A stretch of 27,350 nt of DNA from Actinomycetota bacterium (lineage in GTDB: Bacteria > Actinomycetota > UBA4738), in NCBI GenBank assembly GCA_005885025.1, contig VAYC01000014.1, positions 1 to 27,350 of the forward strand. Direction: 5' to 3'. This document shows positions 1 to 8,960 of this stretch, piece by piece. The notes beneath the pieces are model-generated. The model was not told the DNA's origin, ran no database searches, and worked only from the letters and a program-made list of their open reading frames with translations. The translations under genes and the position numbers were made by a program. Position 1 is the first letter of the stretch. Every line of letters starts with the position of its first letter.

Positions 1-759
1 TGGATCTGGGTCTTCCCGCTCACCCAGGATCGCATCACCGCCGGCGTGGTCATGAACAACTCCTACATGCGGGACCAGCGACGGCGTCTGCTCGATGAGG
101 GATCCACCGACTGGCAGCTCGACCTCTGCCTGCAAGAGCTGAATCTGTCTTCCTTCGTACGGTCGCTGCTCGAGGGATCGGAGCGGGCTCTTCCGATCCT
201 CGTGAACGGGAACTACTCCTACGAAGTGAAGAACCACTACCGGCCGAACTACGCGATGATCGGGGACGCCCGCGGCTTCATCGACCCGATCTTCTCGAGC
301 GGGGTCTTCCTTTCGATCAAAACGGCCTACCTGGTCACGGATGCGCTGAGGGCGCGGCTGGCCGGAGATCCGGGCGCGGACGAGATGATGGCCGGGGCCT
401 ACGCCAAGGTCACCGGGGCTTACAACTTCGTCCACAGGATGATCAAGCTCTTCTACAACCCCCACGCGGTCACCTGGGCCGAGGGGGGCGAGGGGGAGGT
501 GCACCGCGCCCACCAGAGCGCCATGGCGGCCGGCCATTTCATGCTCTCAGGCGGCTTCTTCGAGGAGCACGAGCGTTTCAACAAGCTCTTCGACCTCATG
601 GAGGACCCTCGGTCCTTCCACCGCTATGCCCGAATGGTGATCGAGCGACCCGACCTGAACGACGCCTCTTGCCACACCCCGTGGGAGGTGGCCTTCGGCG
701 ACCTGGCAAATGGCCGGGGATCGGCGGGGACGGTGGATGCCGCCGTTGGTCGCCAATGA
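1..759 (+). CDS. Flavin-dependent halogenase / FAD-dependent oxidoreductase, 5'-truncated by the window edge
   Basis: Frame 1 is open from base 1 and reads WIWVFPL (WxWxIP-like halogenase motif, 1-21). It later reads GNYSY and GDARGFIDPIFSSGV (second FAD-binding motif, from 262). Stop TGA 757-759. The true start lies upstream of the window, not at 46. Confidence 0.8.
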   Translation, partial: WIWVFPLTQDRITAGVVMNNSYMRDQRRRLLDEGSTDWQLDLCLQELNLSSFVRSLLEGSERALPILVNGNYSYEVKNHYRPNYAMIGDARGFIDPIFSSGVFLSIKTAYLVTDALRARLAGDPGADEMMAGAYAKVTGAYNFVHRMIKLFYNPHAVTWAEGGEGEVHRAHQSAMAAGHFMLSGGFFEEHERFNKLFDLMEDPRSFHRYARMVIERPDLNDASCHTPWEVAFGDLANGRGSAGTVDAAVGRQ

Positions 760-836
760 GCCAGGAAGAGAGCGGAAAAAGGGGCGGGAAGGAGCGGGAA
801 GGAGCCGCCGCCGGGGCGTTTGCCCAGGTCGGTGCG

Positions 837-866
837 TTGACATCACCCTTTCCCAGTCGCTAGCAT
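837..866 (+). promoter_or_regulatory. Housekeeping sigma factor promoter for the rpsL superoperon
   Basis: TTGACA (837-842), 18-nt spacer, TAGCAT (861-866), about 170 nt upstream of the rpsL ATG. Confidence 0.75.
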
Positions 867-875
867 TGTCTACTG

Positions 876-985
876 CGGCTCGGATTGGCCGGGCCGTTAG
901 TAGCATGTCTTGAGCGGACCCCCTAAGGGAGCAGCCGGTCACCCGTGTTCCCTGGGGCCTCGGCCGGGCGGCCGGGCCTTTTTGT
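876..985 (+). promoter_or_regulatory. Candidate structured 5' leader (attenuator) of rpsL
   Basis: Hairpin CGGCTCGG/CCGGGCCG (876-896). GGCCGGGCC occurs twice (887-895, 970-978), and both copies can pair with 956-965. Terminator-like hairpin at 954-985. Confidence 0.5.
954..985 (+). terminator. Intrinsic terminator-like hairpin inside the rpsL leader
   Basis: GGCC(T)CGGCC-GGGC-GGCCGGGCC stem with 9 G-C pairs and one bulge, followed directly by TTTTTGT (979-985). Confidence 0.6.
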
Positions 986-1037
986 CAGACTCGATAAGGG
1001 GCGAGCAGGCGAGAGATAGCGTGCAGACGAGAGAGCT

Positions 1038-1409
1038 ATGCCGACCGTACATCAGCTTGTCAAGAACGGGCGCGAGCGCCCGCGGGTCAAGACCAAGAGT
1101 CCCGCGCTCCGGGGCTCCCCGCAGCGCCGCGGTGTCTGCACGCGCGTCTACACGACCACCCCGAAGAAGCCGAACTCGGCCCTCCGGAAGGTAGCCCGGG
1201 TCCGCCTGACCAGCGGCATCGAGGTCACCGCCTACATCCCCGGTATCGGCCACAACCTCCAGGAGCACTCGATCGTGCTCGTGCGAGGCGGGCGGGTGAA
1301 GGACCTCCCCGGCGTCCGTTACAAGGTCGTACGGGGGACCATGGACACGGCGGGGGTCCGGGACCGCAAGAAGGCCCGGTCGCGGTACGGCGCCAAGAGA
1401 AGCGCGTAG
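1038..1409 (+). CDS. rpsL: 30S ribosomal protein S12
   Basis: [28 protein letters not shown] and [10 protein letters not shown] signatures. Confidence 0.99.
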   Translation: MPTVHQLVKNGRERPRVKTKSPALRGSPQRRGVCTRVYTTTPKKPNSALRKVARVRLTSGIEVTAYIPGIGHNLQEHSIVLVRGGRVKDLPGVRYKVVRGTMDTAGVRDRKKARSRYGAKRSA

Positions 1410-1421
1410 GGGGTAGAGGCG

Positions 1422-1892
1422 ATGCCACGGAAAGGAGCTGCCTCCAAGCGCGAGATCACGGCTGATCCCGTCTACCAGAACGCCCTGGTCACCCAGCTGA
1501 TCAACAAGGTCCTGCTGAACGGGAAGAAGGCCCTGGCGGAGCGGATCGTCTACAAGACGCTCGAGGTCGTGTCCGAGCGGACGGCCAACGATCCGGTCAT
1601 CGCGCTCAAGAAGGCGGTGGACAACGCCCGACCGTTGTTGGAGACGCGGTCCCGGCGGGTGGGCGGAGCCTCATACCAGGTCCCGGTGGAGGTTCGGCCT
1701 CACCGGGGAACCACGCTCGCCCTCAGGTGGCTGGTGAACTACGCGCGCCAGCGGAAGGAGCATTCCATGGCCGATCGCCTGGCCGCGGAGATCATGGATG
1801 CCTCATCCGGGCAGGGAGCCTCGGTGAAGCGGCGAGAAGACATGCACAAGATGGCTGAGGCGAACAAGGCGTTCGCCCATTACCGGTGGTAG
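1422..1892 (+). CDS. rpsG: 30S ribosomal protein S7
   Basis: [15 protein letters not shown] and [15 protein letters not shown]; follows rpsL. Confidence 0.99.
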   Translation: MPRKGAASKREITADPVYQNALVTQLINKVLLNGKKALAERIVYKTLEVVSERTANDPVIALKKAVDNARPLLETRSRRVGGASYQVPVEVRPHRGTTLALRWLVNYARQRKEHSMADRLAAEIMDASSGQGASVKRREDMHKMAEANKAFAHYRW

Positions 1893-1927
1893 CAGCGGTG
1901 GCCACCGCGGCGAGGAAGCTGAATCCG

Positions 1928-4069
1928 ATGGCACAGGCGGCACGGGAAGCGGTGAAGGGAACCGGAGGGGCCGGCAAGGCCCTGGTGATCCGGGAATACC
2001 CGCTCGTCCGCACTCGGAACATCGGGATCATGGCCCACATCGACGCGGGCAAGACCACCACGACCGAGCGGATCCTCTACTACACGGGCAAGTCCTACAA
2101 GGTCGGAGAGGTCCACGAGGGCACCGCCCAGATGGACTGGATGGTTCAGGAGCGCGAGCGCGGCATCACCATCACCTCGGCGGCCACGACCTGCCTGTGG
2201 AAGGACCACTGGATCAACATCATCGACACCCCCGGCCACGTGGACTTCACGGTGGAGGTGGAGCGGTCGCTCCGAGTGCTCGACGGCGCGGTGGCGATCT
2301 TCGACGCGGTGGCGGGCGTGGAGCCCCAGAGCGAGACCGTGTGGCGGCAGGCCGACCGCTATCACGTCCCCAGGATCTGCTTCGTGAACAAGATGGACCG
2401 GGTGGGGGCGGACTTCGAGCGGACCGTCCAGATGATCGAAGAGCGTCTGCACGCCACCCCCCTGGTGATCCAGCTCCCCTGGGGCGTGGAGTCCTCCTTC
2501 ATCGGAGTGATCGACCTCATCGAGATGAAGGGTCTGCGGTGGGCGGAAGGGATGGGCGAGTCTTGGGAGACGGTAGAGATCCCCGAGGAGCTCCGGGCGA
2601 AGGCCGAGGAATGGAGGCACCGGCTGTTCGAGCGCCTCGCGGACCACGACCCCGAGCTGATGGAGAAGTACGTCCACGGGGGAGAGCCGACGTCCGAGGA
2701 GCTGCGGCGCGCCCTTCGCAAGGCCACGCTCGAGGTGACGGGGACCCCCGTGCTGTGCGGCTCAGCTTTCAAGAACAAGGCCATCCAGCCGCTGCTGGAC
2801 GCCGTCGTGGCGTTGCTCCCCTCGCCGGTCGACGTGCCGCCCGTGCGCGGGGTCGACCCGGAGACCGGTGAGGAGGCCATTCGAGAGGCCAGCGACGAAG
2901 AGCCTTTCTCGGCCCTCGCGTTCAAGATCATGTCCGACCCCTTCGTGGGCCGGCTCACCTACATCCGCGTGTACTCGGGGATCCTCCGGACGGGCGCCCA
3001 CATCCAGAACTCCACAAGGGACCGGAAGGAGCGGATCGGCCGGATCCTCCAGATGCACGCCAACCACCGGGAGGACATGGAGGCCGCGTTCACCGGGGAT
3101 ATCGTGGCGGTAGTCGGGCTCAAGCACACCACCACGGGCGATACGCTGTGCGACCCAGCCAACCCCATCGTCCTCGAGTCGATGCAGTTCCCAACCCCGG
3201 TGGTGTCCGTGGCCATCGAGCCGAAGACCAAGGCCGATCAGGACAAGCTGTCCAGCGCGCTGGGCCGGCTGGCCGACGAGGACCCCACGTTCGTGGTGAA
3301 GGTCAACGACGAGACCGGCCAGACGTTGATATCGGGCATGGGGGAGCTGCACCTCGAGGTGCTCGTCGACCGCCTGACCCGCGAATTCAACGTGGGTGCC
3401 AACGTCGGAAAGCCTCAGGTGGCATACCGGGAGACGATCCGCAAGGCCCTCCACAAGGTCGAAGCCAAGTACATCCGCCAAACCGGCGGTCGCGGGCAGT
3501 ACGGCCACGTGGTCATCGACCTGGAGCCGCTCGGATCGGGCGGCGGCTACGAGTTCGTCAACAAGATCGTGGGCGGGACCATCCCCAGGGAGTACATCCC
3601 GTCGGTCGACCAGGGCATCCAGGAAGCGATGGAGTCCGGCGTGGTGGCCGGATACCCGATGGTCGACATCCGGGCCACACTGATCGACGGGTCCTACCAC
3701 GAGGTGGACTCCTCGGAGATCGCCTTCAAGATCGCAGGGCAGATGGCGTTCCGCGAAGGCGCCCGGAGAGGCGACCCGGTCCTGCTCGAGCCGGTCATGG
3801 AGTTCGAGATCCTCACCCCGGAGGAGTTCATGGGTGACGTCATGGGCGACGTGACGTCCCGCCGGGGCCGGATCGAGCACATCGACGAGCGGTCCGGGAT
3901 GCGGGTGATCCGCGTGGTTGTCCCACTGGCTGAGCTGTTCGGCTATGCCACCGACCTGCGGTCCAGAACTCAGGGCCGAGCTTCACACACGCCCATGCAG
4001 CTGCATGCCTACCAGGAGGTCCCGGCCCAGATCTCGCGGGAGATCGTGGCCCGAGTCCGAGGGGAGTAG
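1928..4069 (+). CDS. fusA: Elongation factor G (start at ATG 1928 or GTG 1985)
   Basis: [40 protein letters not shown] and [13 protein letters not shown]. Start uncertain: 1928 has GAGGA upstream, while 1985 matches the usual EF-G N-terminus. Confidence 0.98.
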   Translation: MAQAAREAVKGTGGAGKALVIREYPLVRTRNIGIMAHIDAGKTTTTERILYYTGKSYKVGEVHEGTAQMDWMVQERERGITITSAATTCLWKDHWINIIDTPGHVDFTVEVERSLRVLDGAVAIFDAVAGVEPQSETVWRQADRYHVPRICFVNKMDRVGADFERTVQMIEERLHATPLVIQLPWGVESSFIGVIDLIEMKGLRWAEGMGESWETVEIPEELRAKAEEWRHRLFERLADHDPELMEKYVHGGEPTSEELRRALRKATLEVTGTPVLCGSAFKNKAIQPLLDAVVALLPSPVDVPPVRGVDPETGEEAIREASDEEPFSALAFKIMSDPFVGRLTYIRVYSGILRTGAHIQNSTRDRKERIGRILQMHANHREDMEAAFTGDIVAVVGLKHTTTGDTLCDPANPIVLESMQFPTPVVSVAIEPKTKADQDKLSSALGRLADEDPTFVVKVNDETGQTLISGMGELHLEVLVDRLTREFNVGANVGKPQVAYRETIRKALHKVEAKYIRQTGGRGQYGHVVIDLEPLGSGGGYEFVNKIVGGTIPREYIPSVDQGIQEAMESGVVAGYPMVDIRATLIDGSYHEVDSSEIAFKIAGQMAFREGARRGDPVLLEPVMEFEILTPEEFMGDVMGDVTSRRGRIEHIDERSGMRVIRVVVPLAELFGYATDLRSRTQGRASHTPMQLHAYQEVPAQISREIVARVRGE

Positions 4070-4104
4070 ATCGGGGCTGGGAGCCCCGGAAGGAGTAATC
4101 GGAG

Positions 4105-5295
4105 ATGGCCAAGAAGAAGTTCGAGAGGACCAAGCCGCACGTCAATATCGGGACGATCGGCCACATCGACCACGGCAAGACCACGCTGACCGCGGCCATC
4201 ACCAAGGTGCTGTCGGAGAAGGTGGGTGGGATCAACAACTACATCCCATTCGATCAGATCGACAAGGCGCCGGAAGAGCGCGAGCGTGGGATCACCATCC
4301 AGATCTTCCACGCGGAGTACGAGACCGCGAAGCGGCACTACGCCCACGTGGACTGTCCGGGGCACGCCGACTACATCAAGAACATGATCACCGGAGCCGC
4401 CCAGATGGACGGGGCCATCCTGGTGGTCTCGGCGGCCGACGGGCCCATGCCCCAGACGCGGGAGCACGTCCTCCTGGCCCGCCAGGTGAACGTGCCCTAC
4501 ATCGTCGTGGCCCTGAACAAGGTGGACATGGTCGACGACCCCGAGCTCCTCGACCTGGTCGAGCTGGAGGTCCGTGAGCTCCTGTCCTCCTACGAGTTCC
4601 CCGGCGAGGAGGTCCCGGTGATCCGGCTCTCCGCGCTGAAGGCGCTGGAGGGTGACGAGCAGGCCAAGGCCCAGGTCATGGAGCTCATGGACGCCGTCGA
4701 CAACTCGATCCCCGAGCCCGTGAGAGACGTCGACAAGCCGTTCCTCATGCCGATCGAGGACGTCTTCTCGATCACCGGCCGCGGCACCGTGGTCACCGGC
4801 AGGGTGGAGCGCGGCGGCCTGAAGAAGATGGAGGAGATCGAGATCGTCGGCATCAAGCCCACCAAGAAGACGGTGGCCACCGACCTGGAAATGTTCCGCA
4901 AGCTCCTGGACGACGTCCAGGCCGGCGACAACGTCGGTGTGCTGCTGCGGGGCATCGACAAGGACGACGTGGAACGGGGACAGGTCCTGGCCAAGCCGGG
5001 CACGATCACCCCGCACACCGAGTTCGACACCCAGGTCTACGTGCTGTCGAAGGAAGAGGGCGGGCGGCATACGCCGTTCTTCCCCGGCTACCGGCCGCAG
5101 TTCTACTTCCGGACGACCGACGTGACCGGGGCCATCACGCTCCCCGAGGGTACGGAGATGATCATGCCGGGTGACAACACCACCATGAAGGTTGAGCTGA
5201 TCGCTCCAATTGCGATGGAGGAAGGTCTCAGGTTCGCCATCCGCGAGGGGGGCCGCACCGTCGGCGCCGGAAGGGTCGTGAAGATCCTGAAATGA
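4105..5295 (+). CDS. tuf: Elongation factor Tu
   Basis: [24 protein letters not shown] and [10 protein letters not shown]; GAAGGAG SD upstream. Confidence 0.99.
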   Translation: MAKKKFERTKPHVNIGTIGHIDHGKTTLTAAITKVLSEKVGGINNYIPFDQIDKAPEERERGITIQIFHAEYETAKRHYAHVDCPGHADYIKNMITGAAQMDGAILVVSAADGPMPQTREHVLLARQVNVPYIVVALNKVDMVDDPELLDLVELEVRELLSSYEFPGEEVPVIRLSALKALEGDEQAKAQVMELMDAVDNSIPEPVRDVDKPFLMPIEDVFSITGRGTVVTGRVERGGLKKMEEIEIVGIKPTKKTVATDLEMFRKLLDDVQAGDNVGVLLRGIDKDDVERGQVLAKPGTITPHTEFDTQVYVLSKEEGGRHTPFFPGYRPQFYFRTTDVTGAITLPEGTEMIMPGDNTTMKVELIAPIAMEEGLRFAIREGGRTVGAGRVVKILK

Positions 5296-5537
5296 GCTGC
5301 TACACGCGCCACCTGGGGGACTGGCTCCCGCCGGACCCGACCTGGCTCGACCGGAGAGCCCTGGACGAGGCCCTCCGGGAAGAGCTCGGCATGGCCGACG
5401 CCGACTGCCCCGAGGTCTGGTCCGCCGTGAAAACGAATCGTGACCGCCTCGCGATAGCCCTGAAGCGAGGGGGCTTGCGAAGGGGGACCACCCCAGAGCC
5501 GGCCGAGCACCGGGACGAGCAGGACGGTGCGCGCTGA
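5292..5537 (+). CDS. Uncharacterised 81-aa protein (MSCYxRH...CPxVW) between tuf and rpsJ
   Basis: ATGA overlap with the tuf stop and TGATG overlap with the rpsJ start. Almost all of the first 46 codons end in G/C. It fills the entire tuf-rpsJ gap. Confidence 0.8.
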   Translation: MSCYTRHLGDWLPPDPTWLDRRALDEALREELGMADADCPEVWSAVKTNRDRLAIALKRGGLRRGTTPEPAEHRDEQDGAR

Positions 5538-5845
5538 TGGCCGCACCGCGGATTCGCATCAAGCTGCGTGGCTACGACCACGAGATCCTCGACGCCGCGG
5601 CGCGTGACATCGTCGATCACGTCACTCGGACGGGGGCCAAGGTCGTGGGGCCCGTCCCGCTTCCCACCGAGCGCAACCTGTGGACGGTCATCCGGTCGCC
5701 TCACAAAGACAAGGACAGCCGGGAGCACTTCCAGATGCTCACGCACAAACGCCTCATCGACATCTTGGACGCCACTTCCAAGACGGTGCAGGAGCTCCAG
5801 CGCCTGAACTTGTCGGCAGGCGTCGACATCGAGATCAAGCTCTGA
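5537..5845 (+). CDS. rpsJ: 30S ribosomal protein S10
   Basis: [26 protein letters not shown] and THKRLIDI. Confidence 0.99.
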   Translation: MAAPRIRIKLRGYDHEILDAAARDIVDHVTRTGAKVVGPVPLPTERNLWTVIRSPHKDKDSREHFQMLTHKRLIDILDATSKTVQELQRLNLSAGVDIEIKL

Positions 5846-5855
5846 CGGGGGATCG

Positions 5856-6518
5856 ATGGGCACCGCGAAGGGGATCCTGGGGACGAAGCTCGGGATGACG
5901 CAGATCTACACGGACGACTCAAGGGTGGTCCCGGTGACGGTCATCCAGGCCGGGCCTTGTCTGGTGACCCAGGTGAAGACCAAGGAGCGGGACGGTTACG
6001 AGGCCGTCCAGCTCGCCTACGCGGAGGCCCGCCGCGGCAAGGCCAACCGACCGGCAGCGGGGCACTTCCAGGCGGCCGGGGTCAAGCCGATGCGGCACCT
6101 CGTGGAACTCCGGACGAGCGAGGCCGGCGAGTACTCCCCCGGACAGCAGATCACCGTGGACATCTTCCAGCCCGGCGACCGGACCGATGTGATCGGCGTG
6201 TCAAAGGGCAAGGGATTCGCCGGACCGATGAAGCGACACGGCTTCAGCGGGATGGGCGGTTCGCACGGCACCGAGCGCAAGCACCGCTCCCCCGGATCCA
6301 TCGGGGCATCGGCCACGCCCTCCCGCGTGTTCCGGGGGGCCAGGATGGCCGGCCAGATGGGCAACGAGCGTGTCACCGTGCTCAACCTCGAGGTGGTGGA
6401 ATCAGATCCAGAGCGGAACCTGCTCCTGCTGAGGGGTGCGGTCCCCGGCCCCACCGGGGGTCTGGTGATGGTTCGCTCGAGCGTCAAAGCGGGCGAAGCG
6501 GGACGGAGGCACCACTGA
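5856..6518 (+). CDS. rplC: 50S ribosomal protein L3
   Basis: [23 protein letters not shown] and RMAGQMG. Confidence 0.99.
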   Translation: MGTAKGILGTKLGMTQIYTDDSRVVPVTVIQAGPCLVTQVKTKERDGYEAVQLAYAEARRGKANRPAAGHFQAAGVKPMRHLVELRTSEAGEYSPGQQITVDIFQPGDRTDVIGVSKGKGFAGPMKRHGFSGMGGSHGTERKHRSPGSIGASATPSRVFRGARMAGQMGNERVTVLNLEVVESDPERNLLLLRGAVPGPTGGLVMVRSSVKAGEAGRRHH

Positions 6519-7183
6519 TGGCGACGGTCGAGGTGCGCGACGTCCGAGGGGAGGTGCTGGGGGAGCGCGAGCTCCCGGCCGAGCTGTTCGAGGCGCCGGT
6601 GAACGTCCCCGTGATGCACCAGGTCGTATCGGCGGGGGCGGCTGCCCAGAGAGCCGGGACTCACTCCACCAAGACCCGCGCGGAGGTCTCGGGCGGCGGC
6701 CGGAAGCCGTGGCGCCAGAAGGGGACCGGCCGCGCCCGGCACGGTTCGATCCGCTCTCCGATCTGGTCCGGCGGAGGGATCGCCCATGGTCCGAAGCCCC
6801 GCAGCTACGACCAGCGGGTGAACAGGAAGATGAAGCGGGCGGCGCTTCGGTCGGCACTGTCCGACGCGCTTTCGAGTGGGAAGCTCGCGGTCGTCGAGGG
6901 CCTCGCCTTCGAGGGACCCAGGACCAAAGACGCCGCCGCGGTTCTCGAGGCCTTTGGGTTCGACGGTCTGGTGCTGCTGGTGATCGCCGCCCCCGACGAG
7001 TACGTGGAGAAGTCCTTTCGGAATCTCCCCCAGGTCAAGATCGACTATCCAGGCAACCTCTCCACGTACGACCTCCTGTACGCGGACCGGGTGCTGTTCA
7101 CGTCGGGTGCCCTTGACGCCATGACCGGCGAGGCGGAAACGGCGTCCCAGGCCTCCGAGGCGCCGGAGGAGCCGGAGTCATGA
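6518..7183 (+). CDS. rplD: 50S ribosomal protein L4
   Basis: [35 protein letters not shown]. Real start is the ATG at 6518 (TGATG overlap), not 5957. Confidence 0.98.
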   Translation: MATVEVRDVRGEVLGERELPAELFEAPVNVPVMHQVVSAGAAAQRAGTHSTKTRAEVSGGGRKPWRQKGTGRARHGSIRSPIWSGGGIAHGPKPRSYDQRVNRKMKRAALRSALSDALSSGKLAVVEGLAFEGPRTKDAAAVLEAFGFDGLVLLVIAAPDEYVEKSFRNLPQVKIDYPGNLSTYDLLYADRVLFTSGALDAMTGEAETASQASEAPEEPES

Positions 7184-7473
7184 AGAGCCCCCGCGACATC
7201 GTCTTTCGGCCGGTCGTCTCGGAGAAGTCCTACGGGGGGATCGAGCGCAACGCCTACACGTTCCTGGTGTCACCCGAGGCCAACAAGACCGAGATCAAGG
7301 AGGCAGTCCAGCAGATCTGGAACGTCCGGGTCCTGGAGGTCCGCACGATGAATCGCAAGGGGAAGCTGAAGCGGACCCGCCTGGGCCTCGGCAAGCGGCC
7401 GGACGTCAAGCGGGCCACGGTGACCCTCGCCCCGGGGGACACCATCGAGATCTTCGAGACCAAGGGGCCCTAG
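7180..7473 (+). CDS. rplW: 50S ribosomal protein L23
   Basis: [18 protein letters not shown] and KRATVTL; ATGA overlap with rplD. Confidence 0.98.
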   Translation: MKSPRDIVFRPVVSEKSYGGIERNAYTFLVSPEANKTEIKEAVQQIWNVRVLEVRTMNRKGKLKRTRLGLGKRPDVKRATVTLAPGDTIEIFETKGP

Positions 7474-8301
7474 ATGGCCGTTCGCAAGTACAAGCCGAGC
7501 ACGCCGGGCCGCCGTGGAGCCAGCGTCTCCGACTTCGGGGAGGTGACCAAGGGGTCTCCGGAGAAGTCGTTGACCCGCCCGTCTCCGAAGCGGGCGGGCC
7601 GGAACGCCTACGGCCGCGTCACCGCACGCCACCAGGGCGGAGGCCACAAGCGCCAGTACCGCGTGATCGACTTCCGGCGGGACAAAGACGGCGTGCCGGC
7701 GAAGGTCGCCACCATCGAGTACGACCCGAACCGGACCGCGCGCATCGCCCTCCTTCACTATTCGGACGGGGAGAAGCGCTACATCCTGGCCCCCCAGGGC
7801 ATGTCGGTGGGGGACCGGTTGATGTCGGGATCGAGTGCGGACGTCCGCCCTGGCAACGCCCTGCCTCTTGCCAGCATCCCGGTCGGGACCCTGGTCCACG
7901 CCGTGGAGCTCAGGCCCGGAGCCGGCGCGAAGATGGCCCGGTCGGCGGGCGTGGGCGTGCAGGTCCTGGCCAAGGAGGCGGGGTCGGCCACCCTGCGAAT
8001 GCCCTCGGGCGAGATCCGCATGGTCGACGCCAGGTGCAGGGCCACCGTCGGCGAGGTGGGGAACCCCGAACGTGAACTCGTATCCTTGGGGAAGGCCGGC
8101 CGGAACCGCTGGCTGGGCGTCCGCCCGTCCGTTCGAGGCGTGGCCATGAACCCGGTGGACCACCCGCTCGGCGGCGGCGAGGGGAAGTCCAGCGGCGGCC
8201 GCAATCCCACCAGTCCGTGGGGGAAGAAGGAAGGCCGGACCCGAAAGCCCAAGCCGTCCGACAAGCTCATCGTGCGCCGCCGCGGGAAGAGGAGGAGCTG
8301 A
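7474..8301 (+). CDS. rplB: 50S ribosomal protein L2
   Basis: [27 protein letters not shown] and [18 protein letters not shown]. Confidence 0.99.
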   Translation: MAVRKYKPSTPGRRGASVSDFGEVTKGSPEKSLTRPSPKRAGRNAYGRVTARHQGGGHKRQYRVIDFRRDKDGVPAKVATIEYDPNRTARIALLHYSDGEKRYILAPQGMSVGDRLMSGSSADVRPGNALPLASIPVGTLVHAVELRPGAGAKMARSAGVGVQVLAKEAGSATLRMPSGEIRMVDARCRATVGEVGNPERELVSLGKAGRNRWLGVRPSVRGVAMNPVDHPLGGGEGKSSGGRNPTSPWGKKEGRTRKPKPSDKLIVRRRGKRRS

Positions 8302-8308
8302 ACCAGCC

Positions 8309-8593
8309 ATGCCGCGTTCCGTGAAGAAAGGGCCCTTCGTCGACGATCACCTGATGTCCAGGGTGCTCGAGATGAACCGACGGGGCGACAAGCGGGTCAT
8401 CAAGACATGGTCACGCCGATCCACGGTCGTCCCGGAGATGGTGGGGCACACCATCGCCGTGCACGATGGGAAGAAGCACGTACCGGTGTTCGTGACCGAA
8501 TCGATGGTTGGGCACAAGCTCGGAGAGTTCGCCATGACCCGGATCTTCCGGACCCACGGGCACCACACCGAGCGGAGCACCTCGCTGAAGTAG
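8309..8593 (+). CDS. rpsS: 30S ribosomal protein S19
   Basis: [20 protein letters not shown] and MVGHKLGEF. Confidence 0.99.
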   Translation: MPRSVKKGPFVDDHLMSRVLEMNRRGDKRVIKTWSRRSTVVPEMVGHTIAVHDGKKHVPVFVTESMVGHKLGEFAMTRIFRTHGHHTERSTSLK

Positions 8594-8600
8594 GAGAGGG

Positions 8601-8960
8601 ATGGAAGCCAAGGCCAGCTCGAAATACATCCGGATCTCGCCGAGGAAGATGCGGCGCTCGGTGGACCTCATCCGCGGGGTGCGCGTGGACGACGCTCGCC
8701 GGATCCTGACGCTGTCGCCCCTTCGGGCGAATCGGACACTGGTGAAGGTCCTGGAGTCCGCGGTCGCCAACGCGGAGCAGCGGCAGGCCATCCCGGAGAA
8801 CCTCATGGTCGCGAGAGCGTGGGTGGACGAGGGACCGACGATCAAGCGCTGGCAGCCCCGGGCCTACGGGCGGGCGAACAGGATCCGAAAGCGCACCAGC
8901 CACGTAACCGTGGTGGTGCAGAGCTTGGAGGAGGAGGTGACCGGTGGGGCACAAGGTTAA
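8601..8960 (+). CDS. rplV: 50S ribosomal protein L22
   Basis: [22 protein letters not shown] and RIRKRTSH. Confidence 0.98.
   Translation: MEAKASSKYIRISPRKMRRSVDLIRGVRVDDARRILTLSPLRANRTLVKVLESAVANAEQRQAIPENLMVARAWVDEGPTIKRWQPRAYGRANRIRKRTSHVTVVVQSLEEEVTGGAQG

Noticed and set aside
784-805. GCGGGAAGGA direct repeat (two copies) in a purine tract upstream of the promoter
   Set aside because: Too short and low in complexity to support a binding site or array.
901-910. Second TAGCAT(G)TCT echoing the -10 region at 861-871
   Set aside because: No -35 or extended -10 at the right spacing, so it cannot be supported as a second promoter.
1038-1409. Possible streptomycin-resistance alleles in S12
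   Set aside because: TPKKPNS and RVKDLPG retain the wild-type lysines.
4009-5562. 517-aa minus-strand ORF, and similar long antisense ORFs (1880-2677, 2762-3880, 11609-13252, 15048-15974, 17974-19293, 20736-21989)
   Set aside because: They are shadow frames of well-supported genes. High GC3 suppresses stop codons on the opposite strand, and none has recognisable motifs.
5687-5731. S10 loop HKDKD instead of HKYKD (tetracycline/tigecycline-associated loop)
   Set aside because: Asp at this position occurs naturally in other lineages, so it is not evidence of resistance.
5957-6517. Apparent N-terminal extensions in the ORF track for rplD, rplP (9414), rpsE (13472), map (16783), the hybrid kinase (20433) and the surface protein (20545)
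   Set aside because: Longest-ORF artefacts. Downstream starts have SD sequences or stop/start overlaps and match the family N-termini.
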